NCBI GenBank assembly: GCA_049322655.1
Contig: JBMORP010000002.1
Span: 172,915 to 236,914 of the forward strand
Length of the DNA stretch: 64,000 bases
Origin: Patescibacteria group bacterium
GTDB lineage: Bacteria > Patescibacteriota > Microgenomatia > UBA1400 > PJMF01
Direction of reading: 5' to 3'
Shown here in pieces: positions 18,502 to 29,008 of this stretch (its first letter is position 1; each line of letters starts with the position of its first letter). A program made the translations under genes and the position numbers. The notes beneath the pieces are model-generated. The model had not been told where the DNA came from and did not search any database. It worked only from the letters and a program-made list of their open reading frames with translations.

Positions 18502-19887
18502 GTGGCAAAACCCACTTTACAGCCAACTATCTTGATTTTAGGTTCTGGACCAACTGGCTTAGGAGCAGCTTATAGACTCCAAGAGTTGGGTTATGAGAAT
18601 TTCTTAGTTCTAGAAAAAAATAATTTTGTTGGCGGTTTGGCGACTTCATTTGTTGATGACAAAGGGTTTACTTGGGATATTGGGGGTCACGTAGTTCACT
18701 CTCATTACCAATATTTTGATCAGGTTTTTGCTAAACATGTGTTAAAAAAAGCAAACACTCTTCAACGTGAGGCCTGGGTCTGGTTGTATAACACCTTTGT
18801 TCCCTACCCCTTTCAATATAACCTTCATTATTTACCAAAAAAAATTCAGCAAGAATGTGTTGCTGAATTAAAAAAAATTAAAACTAAACATAAACCAGCA
18901 AACTTTCTGGAATGGATCAATTATAACTTTGGCCAAGGCATTGCCAAACACTTTATGATCCCTCAAAATCTTAAAACCTGGGGTTATGATTTAAAAACCA
19001 TTAATGCTGATTGGGTGGGAGACCGTGTAGCTACCGTAGATCTAGCTAGGACTTTGAAAAATATTGCCAATAAAAGAGATGATGTCTCCTGGGGACCAAA
19101 TAATGTCTTTCATTTTCCTAAAAAAGGAGGTACTAGTTATATTTGGCAACAAATTGCCAAAACTATTGCCAAAGAAAAAATTAAACTAGGCAAACAAGTT
19201 ACTAAAGTAGATTACAAAAAAAAGATCGTTACTACCAGAGATGGTAAAACTTACCAGTATGATTTTTTAATCTCTTCATTACCAGTTACTAAACTCCTAG
19301 AAATTGCTGCTCATCCATTAACTACAACAGCCAAAAACCATCTCTTTTCTTCGGCAGTCCATATAGTTGGACTTGGATTAAAAGGCAAAACACCAACAAA
19401 ACTTAAGACAAAATGTTGGATGTACTTTCCAGAAAAAGATATTCCTTTTTTTAGAGCTACAGTTTTCTCTAATTATTCAAAAAACAATGTACCAGACTAT
19501 AAAACTCAATGGTCCTTAATGTGTGAAGTAGCACAAACACCTCATACTACTTTTCAGAATTCAAAAGGAGTTATCAATGAAGTCATCAAAGGAGTTATTA
19601 AAGCTCAATTAATTAAAAATAAACAACAAATTATTCATTCATGGAGTCACTCTGAACAACTTGGCTACCCCACGCCAACTATTTCCAGAAATAAAGTCAT
19701 TGATAAAATCTTGAAAAATTTACTGAAAGAAAAAATCTACTCTAGAGGTAGATTTGGTGCTTGGAAATATGAAGTTTCCAATATGGACCATACTTTTATG
19801 CAAGGCGTAGAAGCAGTTGATCATATTCTTCACCAGAAACCTGAAATTACCGTCTGGCAACCAAATAAAGTTAATCAAAAAAAATAA
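18502..19887 (+). CDS. FAD-dependent oxidoreductase, UDP-galactopyranose mutase-like
   Basis: GSGPTGLGAAYRL dinucleotide-binding motif. The C-terminal SRGRFGAWKYEVSNMDH resembles the UGM signature. Confidence 0.55.
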   Translation: MAKPTLQPTILILGSGPTGLGAAYRLQELGYENFLVLEKNNFVGGLATSFVDDKGFTWDIGGHVVHSHYQYFDQVFAKHVLKKANTLQREAWVWLYNTFVPYPFQYNLHYLPKKIQQECVAELKKIKTKHKPANFLEWINYNFGQGIAKHFMIPQNLKTWGYDLKTINADWVGDRVATVDLARTLKNIANKRDDVSWGPNNVFHFPKKGGTSYIWQQIAKTIAKEKIKLGKQVTKVDYKKKIVTTRDGKTYQYDFLISSLPVTKLLEIAAHPLTTTAKNHLFSSAVHIVGLGLKGKTPTKLKTKCWMYFPEKDIPFFRATVFSNYSKNNVPDYKTQWSLMCEVAQTPHTTFQNSKGVINEVIKGVIKAQLIKNKQQIIHSWSHSEQLGYPTPTISRNKVIDKILKNLLKEKIYSRGRFGAWKYEVSNMDHTFMQGVEAVDHILHQKPEITVWQPNKVNQKK

Positions 19888-19891
19888 TTTT

Positions 19892-21001
19892 TCAAACTGA
19901 CAGTGCTTGATTAATTACTGCCAATAATAATTCTTTCGAGTTGATGTTAGTAGTTTTTACTTTTTGTAAATTTGGTTTATAAGAAAGTAATAAACTTGGT
20001 TTGTCAATGAATTTTTCTAGTTTTTGCCAAGCTTTTTCTAATTGATTTTCAACCAAACCCAACTGGTAATTAATTATTAGTTCCTGATTGCCTTTTTCTT
20101 GAGCTCCACCATAGTTAATTGCCATAAAAGGTGTTAACGTCGCAGTGGCCTCAAACAAAGTATTTGGTCCTGATTTACCAATCACTAAGTCAGCAGCTTT
20201 CATATATTTATCCATTTCATCAGTAAAACCAAACACCTTAAAGGTTAAGTTTTTATTTTTAAGAAATGAACTTTTAAAACCATTAGCGATATCTTTCAAA
20301 AACTCATTACTACCACAAATCATTACTACTTGGAGTGGTTTTTTAATAGTCAAAAACTTAGGTAAAAATTGAGCTGGACCGATATTTCCCAAAGATCCAG
20401 AACTCAATAAAAACAAAGGTATCTCTGGTTTAAAACCCAATTCTTTTTTTAACTTCTGTTGCTGGTAAACCTCTTCAAAAATAGGTTTAACAAACCAACC
20501 AACTACTTTAGTTTTAGCCTGCGGATACATTTGAACTATTTTTTCGGCTTGCCACCGATCAAAAACAAAATTAACATCAGCTTGAGGTGAAGGATTCATT
20601 AAAATCATTGTTTTAGGATCAGTAATTAAGTTAATAAAATAAAAATTATATTTCTTTTTGAGTCTTTCAAGTGCTGGATTAAGCAAATAAAAAGTTGAAA
20701 TTACTACTTTGGGTTGATGTTTTTTAAGTTGCTTTTCCACCAAAGCTTCAAACATCCAGCCAGTCACAAATCTGGAAAGTTTCAATACATGTTTATTTGC
20801 TATTGGTTTGGATAATAGTCTCATCAGCCTGGGAGCATAACGATGCAACAGCACATGAAGACTTAAGTCTGGAAAATACTTAAAAATTCCAACCGTAAAC
20901 TTGGTCTTGGTAGTAATTGTTTCTGCCACAACTTTAGCCAAAGACTCATGACCCTGACCAGTAGTAAAAATTAATATGTCAGTATTTTTCATCAAACTCA
21001 C
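19892..21001 (-). CDS. GT28 glycosyltransferase (MGDG synthase/UgtP-like)
   Basis: N-terminal GQGH and C-terminal IGKSGPNTLFEATA(T)L...P motif as in MGD/UgtP. Confidence 0.7.
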   Translation of the reverse strand: MSLMKNTDILIFTTGQGHESLAKVVAETITTKTKFTVGIFKYFPDLSLHVLLHRYAPRLMRLLSKPIANKHVLKLSRFVTGWMFEALVEKQLKKHQPKVVISTFYLLNPALERLKKKYNFYFINLITDPKTMILMNPSPQADVNFVFDRWQAEKIVQMYPQAKTKVVGWFVKPIFEEVYQQQKLKKELGFKPEIPLFLLSSGSLGNIGPAQFLPKFLTIKKPLQVVMICGSNEFLKDIANGFKSSFLKNKNLTFKVFGFTDEMDKYMKAADLVIGKSGPNTLFEATATLTPFMAINYGGAQEKGNQELIINYQLGLVENQLEKAWQKLEKFIDKPSLLLSYKPNLQKVKTTNINSKELLLAVINQALSV

Positions 21002-21033
21002 AGATTTTATTCTAGCAGGTTATAATTCTCCTC

Positions 21034-22149
21034 ATGAATTCAAAAACAACGCTCACCAAAACTAAAATCTTGGGCAAAGAATACCAATTTCCAATTTACT
21101 TGCCTGATGCCACTTTGGGGGTGGTAAGAGGTTTAGATAGTAAAACTGTGGCCAAAACCGGCATCAACGGAGTGGTTATCAACACTTATCATTTAATGAC
21201 TAATCCTGGTACGGAAGTCTTAGATCAAGTTGGTGGCATTAAAAAATTCATGAACTGGAATGGTTTAACAGCTTCTGATTCCGGTGGTTTTCAATTATTT
21301 TCTTTGCTTCACAAAAACCCCAAGCTAGGCAAAATTACTGATGATGGAGTTGTACTTTATAGTGGCGAAAAACAACAGAAAAAGATTTTATTTACCCCAG
21401 AAGACTCCATTCGCATTCAGTTCTCAATCCAAAGTGACATTATGATTTGTTTGGATGATTTTTCACCAATCGATGCTTCAGCAAAAAGACTACGTGAAAG
21501 TATTGATCGGACTGTTGCTTGGGCAAAGCGTTGCAAAGCAGAATTTACCAAACAATGCCACCAACTTGGCTATAATGATGAAAATAGACCATTATTAATT
21601 GGAGTCGTACAGGGTCATAATAATCATGAATTGAGAAAAGAATGTGCTCAAAAATTAGAAGCGATTGGCTTTGATGGTTATGGTTTGGGTGGCTGGCCTT
21701 TCAAAGCCGATGGTTCATTTGACTATGACATGTGTCAAATCACCGCTGACGTCACACCCAACAATAAAATTAGATTTGCTCTGGGAATTGGTAGTCCAGA
21801 AAATATCGTGAGACTTTATCAAATGGGCTATAACATTTTCGACTGTGTGCTCCCCACTAGAGATGCTAGACATCAAAGACTCTACACTTTTACCAAAAAT
21901 CCAACAACCATAGACTTTAACCGAGCTGAAAATTGGTATGACTACTTGTACATTGGTCGTGGATCATTCAAGCAAGATATCCAACCAATTGACCAATATT
22001 GTGACTGTCATACTTGTCAAAACTACTCTAGATCATACTTAAACCACTTATTTAAAGTTAAAGATAACTTGGCCTTTCATTTGGCAACCATTCACAACCT
22101 TCGCTTTTATGCCAAATTGATGGAGCTATTAAAAAACTTGTCAGTTTAA
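21034..22149 (+). CDS. tgt: queuine tRNA-ribosyltransferase
   Basis: TGT fold with the C-terminal zinc site CDCHTC...H. Confidence 0.9.
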   Translation: MNSKTTLTKTKILGKEYQFPIYLPDATLGVVRGLDSKTVAKTGINGVVINTYHLMTNPGTEVLDQVGGIKKFMNWNGLTASDSGGFQLFSLLHKNPKLGKITDDGVVLYSGEKQQKKILFTPEDSIRIQFSIQSDIMICLDDFSPIDASAKRLRESIDRTVAWAKRCKAEFTKQCHQLGYNDENRPLLIGVVQGHNNHELRKECAQKLEAIGFDGYGLGGWPFKADGSFDYDMCQITADVTPNNKIRFALGIGSPENIVRLYQMGYNIFDCVLPTRDARHQRLYTFTKNPTTIDFNRAENWYDYLYIGRGSFKQDIQPIDQYCDCHTCQNYSRSYLNHLFKVKDNLAFHLATIHNLRFYAKLMELLKNLSV

Positions 22150-22169
22150 CTGGTTAAACTTGTGATTTA

Positions 22170-22811
22170 GTGAAACCAAAACTAAGAGAAAAACTTGAAC
22201 TTTTTGGAGCAAGGAACTTAACTAATAGCGAGCTCCTAACTATTTTACTGAGTACTGGCAACAAACAACTTTCAGCCAATCAAACTGCGCAAAGATTATT
22301 AAAAAAATTCCCACTGAAAAAATTACAACTCCTCAAACCCAGTGAACTAACTGAACACCAAGGAATTGGAGTTGCTAAAGCCAGTCAAATTATTTCAGCC
22401 ATTGAGTTGGGTAGAAGAAATGCCTTGCCAATTACAGATAAAATCACCTCGCCAACCACAGCATTACCTTATCTAACCAAACTTAGAAAAAAACAAAAAG
22501 AATGGGCTATTTGCTTATACCTCAATGCTCTTTCAGAGTTAATTCATAGTGAAATGATTGCTTTGGGTGGCTTAAATTATTTGCTGCTAGAACCAAAAGA
22601 TCTTCTTTATCCTGCCATTACTCTGCCTGCTGCTAGCTTTATTTTGGCTCATAATCACCCTTCAGGCAGTACCGAACCAAGCTTAGCTGACAAAAAAACC
22701 ACGCAAAAAATTAGTCAAGTTTGTCAGTTGTTGGGGGTTAATTTTTTGGATCACTTAATCATTAGCAAAAAGGCCCACTTCTCTTTTAAAGAAGCAGGCC
22801 TAATGAAATGA
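22170..22811 (+). CDS. radC: RadC-like JAB/MPN domain protein (GTG start)
   Basis: HNHPSG JAMM motif with an HhH N-terminus. Ends with TGA. Confidence 0.85.
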   Translation: MKPKLREKLELFGARNLTNSELLTILLSTGNKQLSANQTAQRLLKKFPLKKLQLLKPSELTEHQGIGVAKASQIISAIELGRRNALPITDKITSPTTALPYLTKLRKKQKEWAICLYLNALSELIHSEMIALGGLNYLLLEPKDLLYPAITLPAASFILAHNHPSGSTEPSLADKKTTQKISQVCQLLGVNFLDHLIISKKAHFSFKEAGLMK

Positions 22812-22817
22812 TAAATT

Positions 22818-23564
22818 TTATTTTTTAACCTGTTTACTAAATGAGTCAAAGGCTTTTAAAACCTCGACCGGTAAAGCAAAAATAACTGTGTTTGATTGAT
22901 CAGAAGAAATATCATTGATTGAGTTAAGCGTTCTCAAGTGTAAAGCACCAGGGCTTGAGCTCATCAACTCTGCTGCTTTTTTGAGGTTACCAGCTGCAAC
23001 AACTTCTCCTTCAGAATTAATAATGGTAGCTCTTTTTTCTCTCTCTGCTTCAGCCTGTTTGGCCATGGTTCGCACCATTGTTTCTGGTAACTCAATATCC
23101 TTTAACTCAACTGTTTCTACCTCTATTCCCCACTTATCAGTGACTGGGTCAATTGTTTCTAAAATTTCTTTGGCGATTTTTTCCCGGTTAGAGAGTAGTT
23201 CATCTAAGGTAACTTCACCAGCAATTCTTCTCATAGTGGTTTGAGCTAACTGAGAGACAGCCCAAAAAACATTCTCTACCTCATTAATAGCTTTACCAGC
23301 ATCAGATACTTTGTAGTAAATCACCGCATTCATTTTGCAAGAAACATTATCTTTGGTAATCGTTTCTTGTTTGGGTACATCAACAGCTTTAGTACGAATA
23401 TCGACTTTTCTAAAACTTTGAAAAACAGGCAAGATAAAGACCCAACCCGGACCAACTACACCAGAAAACTTACCCATGGTATAAACTACCCCCCGTTCAT
23501 ACTGGTTGATTTGCTTCAAAGAGATTAAAAACAAAATAATAATAAAAATAATTAATCCAGACAT
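22818..23564 (-). CDS. SPFH/band-7 (stomatin/prohibitin-like) membrane protein
   Basis: N-terminal TM segment followed by an SPFH domain sequence. Confidence 0.85.
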   Translation of the reverse strand: MSGLIIFIIILFLISLKQINQYERGVVYTMGKFSGVVGPGWVFILPVFQSFRKVDIRTKAVDVPKQETITKDNVSCKMNAVIYYKVSDAGKAINEVENVFWAVSQLAQTTMRRIAGEVTLDELLSNREKIAKEILETIDPVTDKWGIEVETVELKDIELPETMVRTMAKQAEAEREKRATIINSEGEVVAAGNLKKAAELMSSSPGALHLRTLNSINDISSDQSNTVIFALPVEVLKAFDSFSKQVKK

Positions 23565-23575
23565 TTGCCCTTTCT

Positions 23576-24991
23576 TTACTTTTTAGTAATTTCTTGACCC
23601 GTTACTCCATCTTTAACTTGATAACCAAATTGTTCTAGCTGGTTTCTCAACTCATCTGCTAACTGCCAATTTTGGGTCATTCTAGCGTTAACTCTTTCGT
23701 TTGCTAATTCTTGAATATTTTCTGGTAAAGTCTCTTCTACTAAAAGATCTATTCTTGCCAACCCCAACCCCAGAATTTCGTCGAAACTAAGCAATAAACG
23801 ATACTTCTGTTGAGCTAACAAATCACTTGATAACACTTCCCACATTAATGCTACTGCTTCTGGTGTATGCAGATCGTTTTCGATGGCAGTAAAAAATCTC
23901 TTCTTAAACTCTTGTTCTTTGGCTAAAGCTTCAGCAGTTGGTTCAACCTCAGTTTCTTTATCTTTGATTAATTTTCTGATTTTGTCAGTTAGTTTTTCCC
24001 AAGAAACTTGAGCCCCCTCCATATTATCCCAAGTAAAATTCATTTCAGAACGATAGTGAGCTGAGAGCAATAAAAGTCTAAAAGCCATCGGGTCATAACC
24101 TTTTTTCTCTAAATCATCTAGAGTAAAAAAATTATTGAGCGACTTACTCATTTTTTGACCTTCGACTGACAAGAAGTTATGGTGAACCCAATATTTAACA
24201 AAAGGTTTTTTACCTGTAGCCGCTTCACTCTGAGCAATCTCATTAGTGTGATGAACTGGGATATGATCGATACCACCAGTATGAATATCGATTTGCTCAC
24301 CCAAGTGCTCCATGCTAATTGCCGAACACTCGATGTGCCAACCAGGAAAACTTCTGGGATGCCAAGGACTGGCCCAAGCCATAGCTCGATTCTCACCTGA
24401 TCTTTCAAATTTCCATAAAGCAAAATCAGTGGGATTTTTCTTTCCGGCTACTTTCTCTACTCTAGCTCCTTCTTGCAAGTGTTCTCGATCTAAGTGAGCC
24501 AATTTGCCATAGTCAGGCAGTTTGCTAGTATCAAAATAAACTCCATCATCTGGAATAACATAAGTGAAACCCCTTTCTTCCAGTTTTTTAACTAACTCTA
24601 ACTGATTTTGAATGTGTTCGGTCACTCTGCTGGTAATATTTGGCCTAACATTACCAACTTTATCCATACTGTGATGAAAATAGTCTTCAAACTTTCTAGC
24701 AATATCCCAAGCAGTCATACCATATTTTTTGGCACCTTTTTCTAATTTATCCTCACCTGTGTCGGCATCTGAAGACAAATGACCAACATCAGTAATATTA
24801 CGCACAAACTTCACTTCATAACCAGCATGACGTAAAGCTCTCACCAAAACATCATCCATAGTATATTTTCTGACGTGACCAATATGGGTGTAGTCATAAA
24901 CAGTGGGGCCACAAGCATAAAGCGTCACTAAATCAGGATTTCTGGGAGAAAATTCTTCTACTTTTCTGGAAAGAGTGTTGTAGAGTTTCAT
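23576..24991 (-). CDS. cysS: cysteinyl-tRNA synthetase
   Basis: HIGH (YTHIGH) and KMSKS motifs with zinc-binding cysteines. Confidence 0.95.
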   Translation of the reverse strand: MKLYNTLSRKVEEFSPRNPDLVTLYACGPTVYDYTHIGHVRKYTMDDVLVRALRHAGYEVKFVRNITDVGHLSSDADTGEDKLEKGAKKYGMTAWDIARKFEDYFHHSMDKVGNVRPNITSRVTEHIQNQLELVKKLEERGFTYVIPDDGVYFDTSKLPDYGKLAHLDREHLQEGARVEKVAGKKNPTDFALWKFERSGENRAMAWASPWHPRSFPGWHIECSAISMEHLGEQIDIHTGGIDHIPVHHTNEIAQSEAATGKKPFVKYWVHHNFLSVEGQKMSKSLNNFFTLDDLEKKGYDPMAFRLLLLSAHYRSEMNFTWDNMEGAQVSWEKLTDKIRKLIKDKETEVEPTAEALAKEQEFKKRFFTAIENDLHTPEAVALMWEVLSSDLLAQQKYRLLLSFDEILGLGLARIDLLVEETLPENIQELANERVNARMTQNWQLADELRNQLEQFGYQVKDGVTGQEITKK

Positions 24992-25080
24992 AATTTTTTA
25001 GCTAGCTTTTATTGTGATTAATGGTGAGAGATATCATACCGTAAAAACAAACAATCTGGAACGAAATAAGTCACAAAAAA

Positions 25081-25728
25081 CTAGTTAGCGCTCTGAACTT
25101 TACCAATAGTCTGTCGACTTTGTTGAATTAACTGTGCTGTTTGTTGCTTCTTGGAACCAGCTGGTCCCACCGCTCCTTTTTTGGGGCTAGATGGTGGCGC
25201 AATCGAAGAAGACTGCTTAGCAGCCTCTTCTTTTTGTTTCTGAGCTTGCTTGGCTTCCTCTTCAGCTTTCTGCCGTTGCATTTTCTCCTGATATTTTTTT
25301 TGAGCTACTTGTTTTTGCTCATCAGTAAGTTTGTTGAATCTTTCTAAAACAGATTGCTTTTGTTGTTTTTCTTCTGGAGTATCCTCGTTTTTAATCTCTA
25401 GTAAACTATGAAGACTAAAAAATCCTTTCAGTTCATCAAGCACATCTTTAACTGCTCTTTTGCCTTCTTCTTTAATGGTATCAACTTCTCTTGGCGGTTG
25501 TTTTTGGTGTGGTGTTTCCTGAGAAACACCACCTTGTTGAATGGCTGAACCACCAGTCGTTTGTTGAGCTGCATTGCTGGTTTGTTGAGTCAATTGATGT
25601 TGCTGAGAAGCTCCAGCTAAAGCCTGTTGCTCTAGGTGTTCTTCGTTAAAATGGCCAAATCCAGAACGAAAGCCCCCTCCTTGCCTAGCAGCCATCCCTG
25701 GTTTTGATCCTGGCCCCGAACTCATCAT
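25081..25728 (-). CDS. Gln/Lys/Glu-rich low-complexity (disordered/coiled-coil) protein
   Basis: Intact ORF, translationally coupled to the upstream partner via a TAA-A-ATG junction. Confidence 0.5.
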   Translation of the reverse strand: MMSSGPGSKPGMAARQGGGFRSGFGHFNEEHLEQQALAGASQQHQLTQQTSNAAQQTTGGSAIQQGGVSQETPHQKQPPREVDTIKEEGKRAVKDVLDELKGFFSLHSLLEIKNEDTPEEKQQKQSVLERFNKLTDEQKQVAQKKYQEKMQRQKAEEEAKQAQKQKEEAAKQSSSIAPPSSPKKGAVGPAGSKKQQTAQLIQQSRQTIGKVQSAN

Positions 25729-25729
25729 T

Positions 25730-26080
25730 TTAAACCTTGGTATGTCCCAACTGTCTAATTTGGTACTGACTCTGTTCCTCTTGTTGATGGTGTTCTGTCT
25801 CGACTCGTTGTTCGTTTTGGGCTAACCGAGCCTGTTCTTGGGGAGTGTCACTAATTTTTTTCAAATTCTCGATTTGAGCTTGAATTTCCTCAGCATCTCT
25901 TTGCTTTTGCTGTTCTTCCAAAGCAATTATTTCTTGTTTTTTTTGTTCTTCGGCCACCGCTTCTGCTTGTTGCGATTCTTGATCACCATCAGCAGCTGGT
26001 TGACTGGCTCCAGCTCCCTTGGAATCTTGAAGTAGTTCTTCTAAAGCAGCTAATGGATCTTGTTGTTGTGGATCTGACAT
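25730..26080 (-). CDS. Gln/Glu-rich acidic low-complexity protein
   Basis: Intact ORF immediately upstream of 25081..25728 on the same strand. Confidence 0.5.
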   Translation of the reverse strand: MSDPQQQDPLAALEELLQDSKGAGASQPAADGDQESQQAEAVAEEQKKQEIIALEEQQKQRDAEEIQAQIENLKKISDTPQEQARLAQNEQRVETEHHQQEEQSQYQIRQLGHTKV

Positions 26081-26156
26081 ATGTATCTACGATACTAAAG
26101 AGCTTGCCCCAGAACAAGGAGCTAATCAAATTTTGCCAGCTAAAAACTTGCTTAAA

Positions 26157-26507
26157 CTATTCTTCTAAATCTCTAACCATCTCCCGCTGTCTTTTTCTGA
26201 GTCTAGTAACTTGCTTTTCTTTTCTTTTTCTCACTTGTCTTAAGACATCTTGGGAAACCTCTATTACAGCCTGATAAAGATCATAGGCATGACTTTTAAC
26301 AGAAACTTTTTTCTTACCCTTAATTTCAACATCTACTACGGCTGTTGCCCGATGTGGGTCACTATCTTTTCTAGCAATATTTTCCAAAAATACCCTCACT
26401 TGTCTAATTGGCACACCTAACTTTTCAACTTTGATGAGTTGATTTTTAATAAAAGAACGTAGGGCCTGAGAAGCTTCTCCATTTTTGGCTTGAACAATAA
26501 TGTCCAT
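26157..26507 (-). CDS. hpf: ribosome hibernation promoting factor (RaiA/HPF family)
   Basis: Sequence pattern MDIIVQAKNGEASQALRSFIKNQLIKVEK. I set the start at the second Met, which has an AAAGGAA RBS 6 nt upstream. Confidence 0.8.
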   Translation of the reverse strand: MDIIVQAKNGEASQALRSFIKNQLIKVEKLGVPIRQVRVFLENIARKDSDPHRATAVVDVEIKGKKKVSVKSHAYDLYQAVIEVSQDVLRQVRKRKEKQVTRLRKRQREMVRDLEE

Positions 26508-26633
26508 TACATTCCTTTCTGGCTCCCGATCCAACCGTTAATCGAGAACAAAAAAACCGACCCTTTCTCAATCGAGAAAAAATCGGCATATTTTCACTAC
26601 TCGGCTGTTAACCATGTTGTACTAATCAGTATA

Positions 26634-27251
26634 TCACGAAGCTACTTCTCTTCTACCCTCCAAAGCTCTGGCCAAAGTTACGCCATCTGCATACTCAATA
26701 TCGGCTCCAATGGGCAAACCATGACCAATTCTAGTAATTTTAATCTGGCTAATTGCCGGTTGGCTACTTTTTTTAATCAACTCAGTCAAATAGAGAGCAG
26801 TAGCCTCCCCTTCCATAGTGGGATTAGTGGCTAAAATTAGCTCTTCCACCCCCTCCAAACGCTTAAGAATATCTTTTAAATAAAGTTGATCTGGTCCAAT
26901 ATTATTTAAAGGAGAAATCGCCCCATGAAGCACATGATATTGACCAGCAAAAATATCAGATCTTTCTATCGCCAATAAATCTAGTGGTTGCTCTACTACA
27001 CACATCACTTGTTTATTTCTAGTTTCATCAGCGCAAATTGAGCAAGGTGATTCTTCCGCCACATTGTGACACTGTTCGCACATTACGGTATTTTTTTTCA
27101 AGGCAACAAGCTTGTCAGCAAAATCAGTTAACTCATGATCAGGATTATGAAGTAAATAAAAAACTAATCTCTGAGCAGACTTGGGACCAATGCCAGGTAA
27201 ACGTTCAAATTTTTCAATTAATCTAGTAACTGCTTTGGGAAGTTTTTGCAT
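26634..27251 (-). CDS. recR: recombination protein RecR
   Basis: HhH, C4 zinc finger (CEQCHN...CSIC) and Toprim segments. Confidence 0.9.
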   Translation of the reverse strand: MQKLPKAVTRLIEKFERLPGIGPKSAQRLVFYLLHNPDHELTDFADKLVALKKNTVMCEQCHNVAEESPCSICADETRNKQVMCVVEQPLDLLAIERSDIFAGQYHVLHGAISPLNNIGPDQLYLKDILKRLEGVEELILATNPTMEGEATALYLTELIKKSSQPAISQIKITRIGHGLPIGADIEYADGVTLARALEGRREVAS

Positions 27252-27256
27252 AAAGC

Positions 27257-27898
27257 TTAGGCTAAGTCATCGATTTTGGCTTTAACTTCTTTCCATAGAG
27301 CTTTAGCCACTTGGTCAACAGTTTTTTCTGCATTAATAATTCGCCAACGACCTGTTTGGTCCTCTTTAGCCAAAGTTAAGTAGGCAGTTCTTACTTGTTG
27401 GTGAAAATCAGCTGCTTCCAGATCTAACCTGTCCATCTTGCCAGAGTCAGCTCTTCTAGCTAGACCTGTCTTAACCGATACATCCAAAAGCAACGTTAAA
27501 TGTGGAACGGTTTTTTGAGTAGAAATATCATTGAGTTTTTCGATTTTACTTCGACCAACACCTCTCACCAGGCCTTGGTAAACCACACTACTATCACGAG
27601 TTCGGTCCATAATTACTACTTTACCAGTTTCCAAGGCCGGAATAACGACTTCTTGGTAAATTTGAGCTCTAGCTGCTTGAAAAAGCAAAACTTCAGTTAA
27701 ATCGGTAATACCTTGGTTTTTACTAGATAACACTACTTCTCTGATCTGCTCACTAATCACCGTCCCACCAGGCTCACGAACAGCTACTACTTCTCTACCT
27801 GCTTGTTCCAGCTTTTCTTTCAAAAGGATAGTTTGAGTTGTTTTTCCACCACCCTCACCACCTTCCAGTGAAATAAGAATACCCTTAAGATTTTTCAT
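27257..27898 (-). CDS. tmk: thymidylate kinase
   Basis: P-loop ISLEGGEGGGKTTQ with a DR(Y/T)-like block. Confidence 0.9.
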   Translation of the reverse strand: MKNLKGILISLEGGEGGGKTTQTILLKEKLEQAGREVVAVREPGGTVISEQIREVVLSSKNQGITDLTEVLLFQAARAQIYQEVVIPALETGKVVIMDRTRDSSVVYQGLVRGVGRSKIEKLNDISTQKTVPHLTLLLDVSVKTGLARRADSGKMDRLDLEAADFHQQVRTAYLTLAKEDQTGRWRIINAEKTVDQVAKALWKEVKAKIDDLA

Positions 27899-27916
27899 AA
27901 CCTCCCCACTCTATAT

Positions 27917-29008
27917 TTATTCAGCTTCAAAAACAACAACCTCTTTTTGGGTAAGTGTTGCTCTTTTAGTCTCTGCCCAATCTTCAATTTGGCGCAAAAT
28001 ATTCATTGCTGGCATGCCAGAAATTTGAAAAATAACCAAAAACTTAAAAAAGGCTGGATCGGTTTCCTTGATTGTTGCTAAAACTTGTTGACTCTCTTTG
28101 TCTAAAGAAGAAAAAATCTCTTCAGCAGACTCCCAATTTTGATTTTGTTGAGAAGCTCCACCACCACCCTGGTCAAACACCGGCCGATAGTTGGCAAAAA
28201 ATTCTTCATCAATAGTACTCTTAATTATGGCCTGCCAAATCCTAACTAACTCTTCCTCACCAGTACTTAATAATTCCAGAATAGCGATCGCATTAGTATG
28301 AACTAAATCAAAACCCTCAATAAAGTTTTCTTTGGTGTAAGCTGCAAAAAAACTAGCCTCTTGCCAACTAAAAACTTTTTCTCCTAGTTTTCTAATAAGA
28401 TCTATCTTGGAGTTCATTAACCAATTTTGCTGGGGATAATCAGGGTGATTCATTGGTTTACCAAGCCCATCTTCTCCATTAGAGATCTCACCATTTTTAT
28501 CTCTGTCCAAAAAATCTACAGTGTCAGTTGAAACAATCAAGACATTTCTACCTTTATAGTCTCTTTGACCTGACATCCATAAAGCTTTGTTGACTGCTTC
28601 TGCCTTGGGATTATTACCCGCTGTTTCTCCAGCAGCGGCAGACTCAGCAAACACAGGTACACCATGAAATTCTCCCAAAAAAGTCTTGCCTTTTAATGAC
28701 CCATCACCGTTATAAATTGAGCGAACAATAAAATCCTGAAAATCCATCGCTTGTCTGAGTGGAATCTCTATCTCATTAAGTACCACACTCATCATAAAAG
28801 CTTTTCTGGTACTACCAGTAGCAATAATGATTTCTTCAGGTGCCTTTTCACCCCAAAAATCAACCTCAGGGGTTAATTTTCCTGGGTCAACCAACTCTGT
28901 TGCCCCTTTGCCAGCCAAGATATCTTTAACTAAGTTATAAAAAGGATGATCAACCTCTCGCCAATTTTCTGGAAAAGCTGGTATCGCTGGTAATTTTTCT
29001 CTACTCAC
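27917..29008 (-). CDS. divergent Maf-like (Maf/Ham1 superfamily) nucleotide pyrophosphatase homolog with N- and C-terminal extensions
   Basis: IIIATGSTRKAFMM matches the Maf LILASxSPRR block. VLIVSTDTV...GLGKP matches the Maf VIGADTVV...ILGKP block. The region between them is about 25 aa longer than in Maf. Confidence 0.5.
   Translation of the reverse strand: MSREKLPAIPAFPENWREVDHPFYNLVKDILAGKGATELVDPGKLTPEVDFWGEKAPEEIIIATGSTRKAFMMSVVLNEIEIPLRQAMDFQDFIVRSIYNGDGSLKGKTFLGEFHGVPVFAESAAAGETAGNNPKAEAVNKALWMSGQRDYKGRNVLIVSTDTVDFLDRDKNGEISNGEDGLGKPMNHPDYPQQNWLMNSKIDLIRKLGEKVFSWQEASFFAAYTKENFIEGFDLVHTNAIAILELLSTGEEELVRIWQAIIKSTIDEEFFANYRPVFDQGGGGASQQNQNWESAEEIFSSLDKESQQVLATIKETDPAFFKFLVIFQISGMPAMNILRQIEDWAETKRATLTQKEVVVFEAE

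Noticed and set aside
25081-26080. Single frameshifted gene covering both low-complexity ORFs
   Set aside because: The junction is a clean TAA-A-ATG with a different frame, which is typical translational coupling of two genes.
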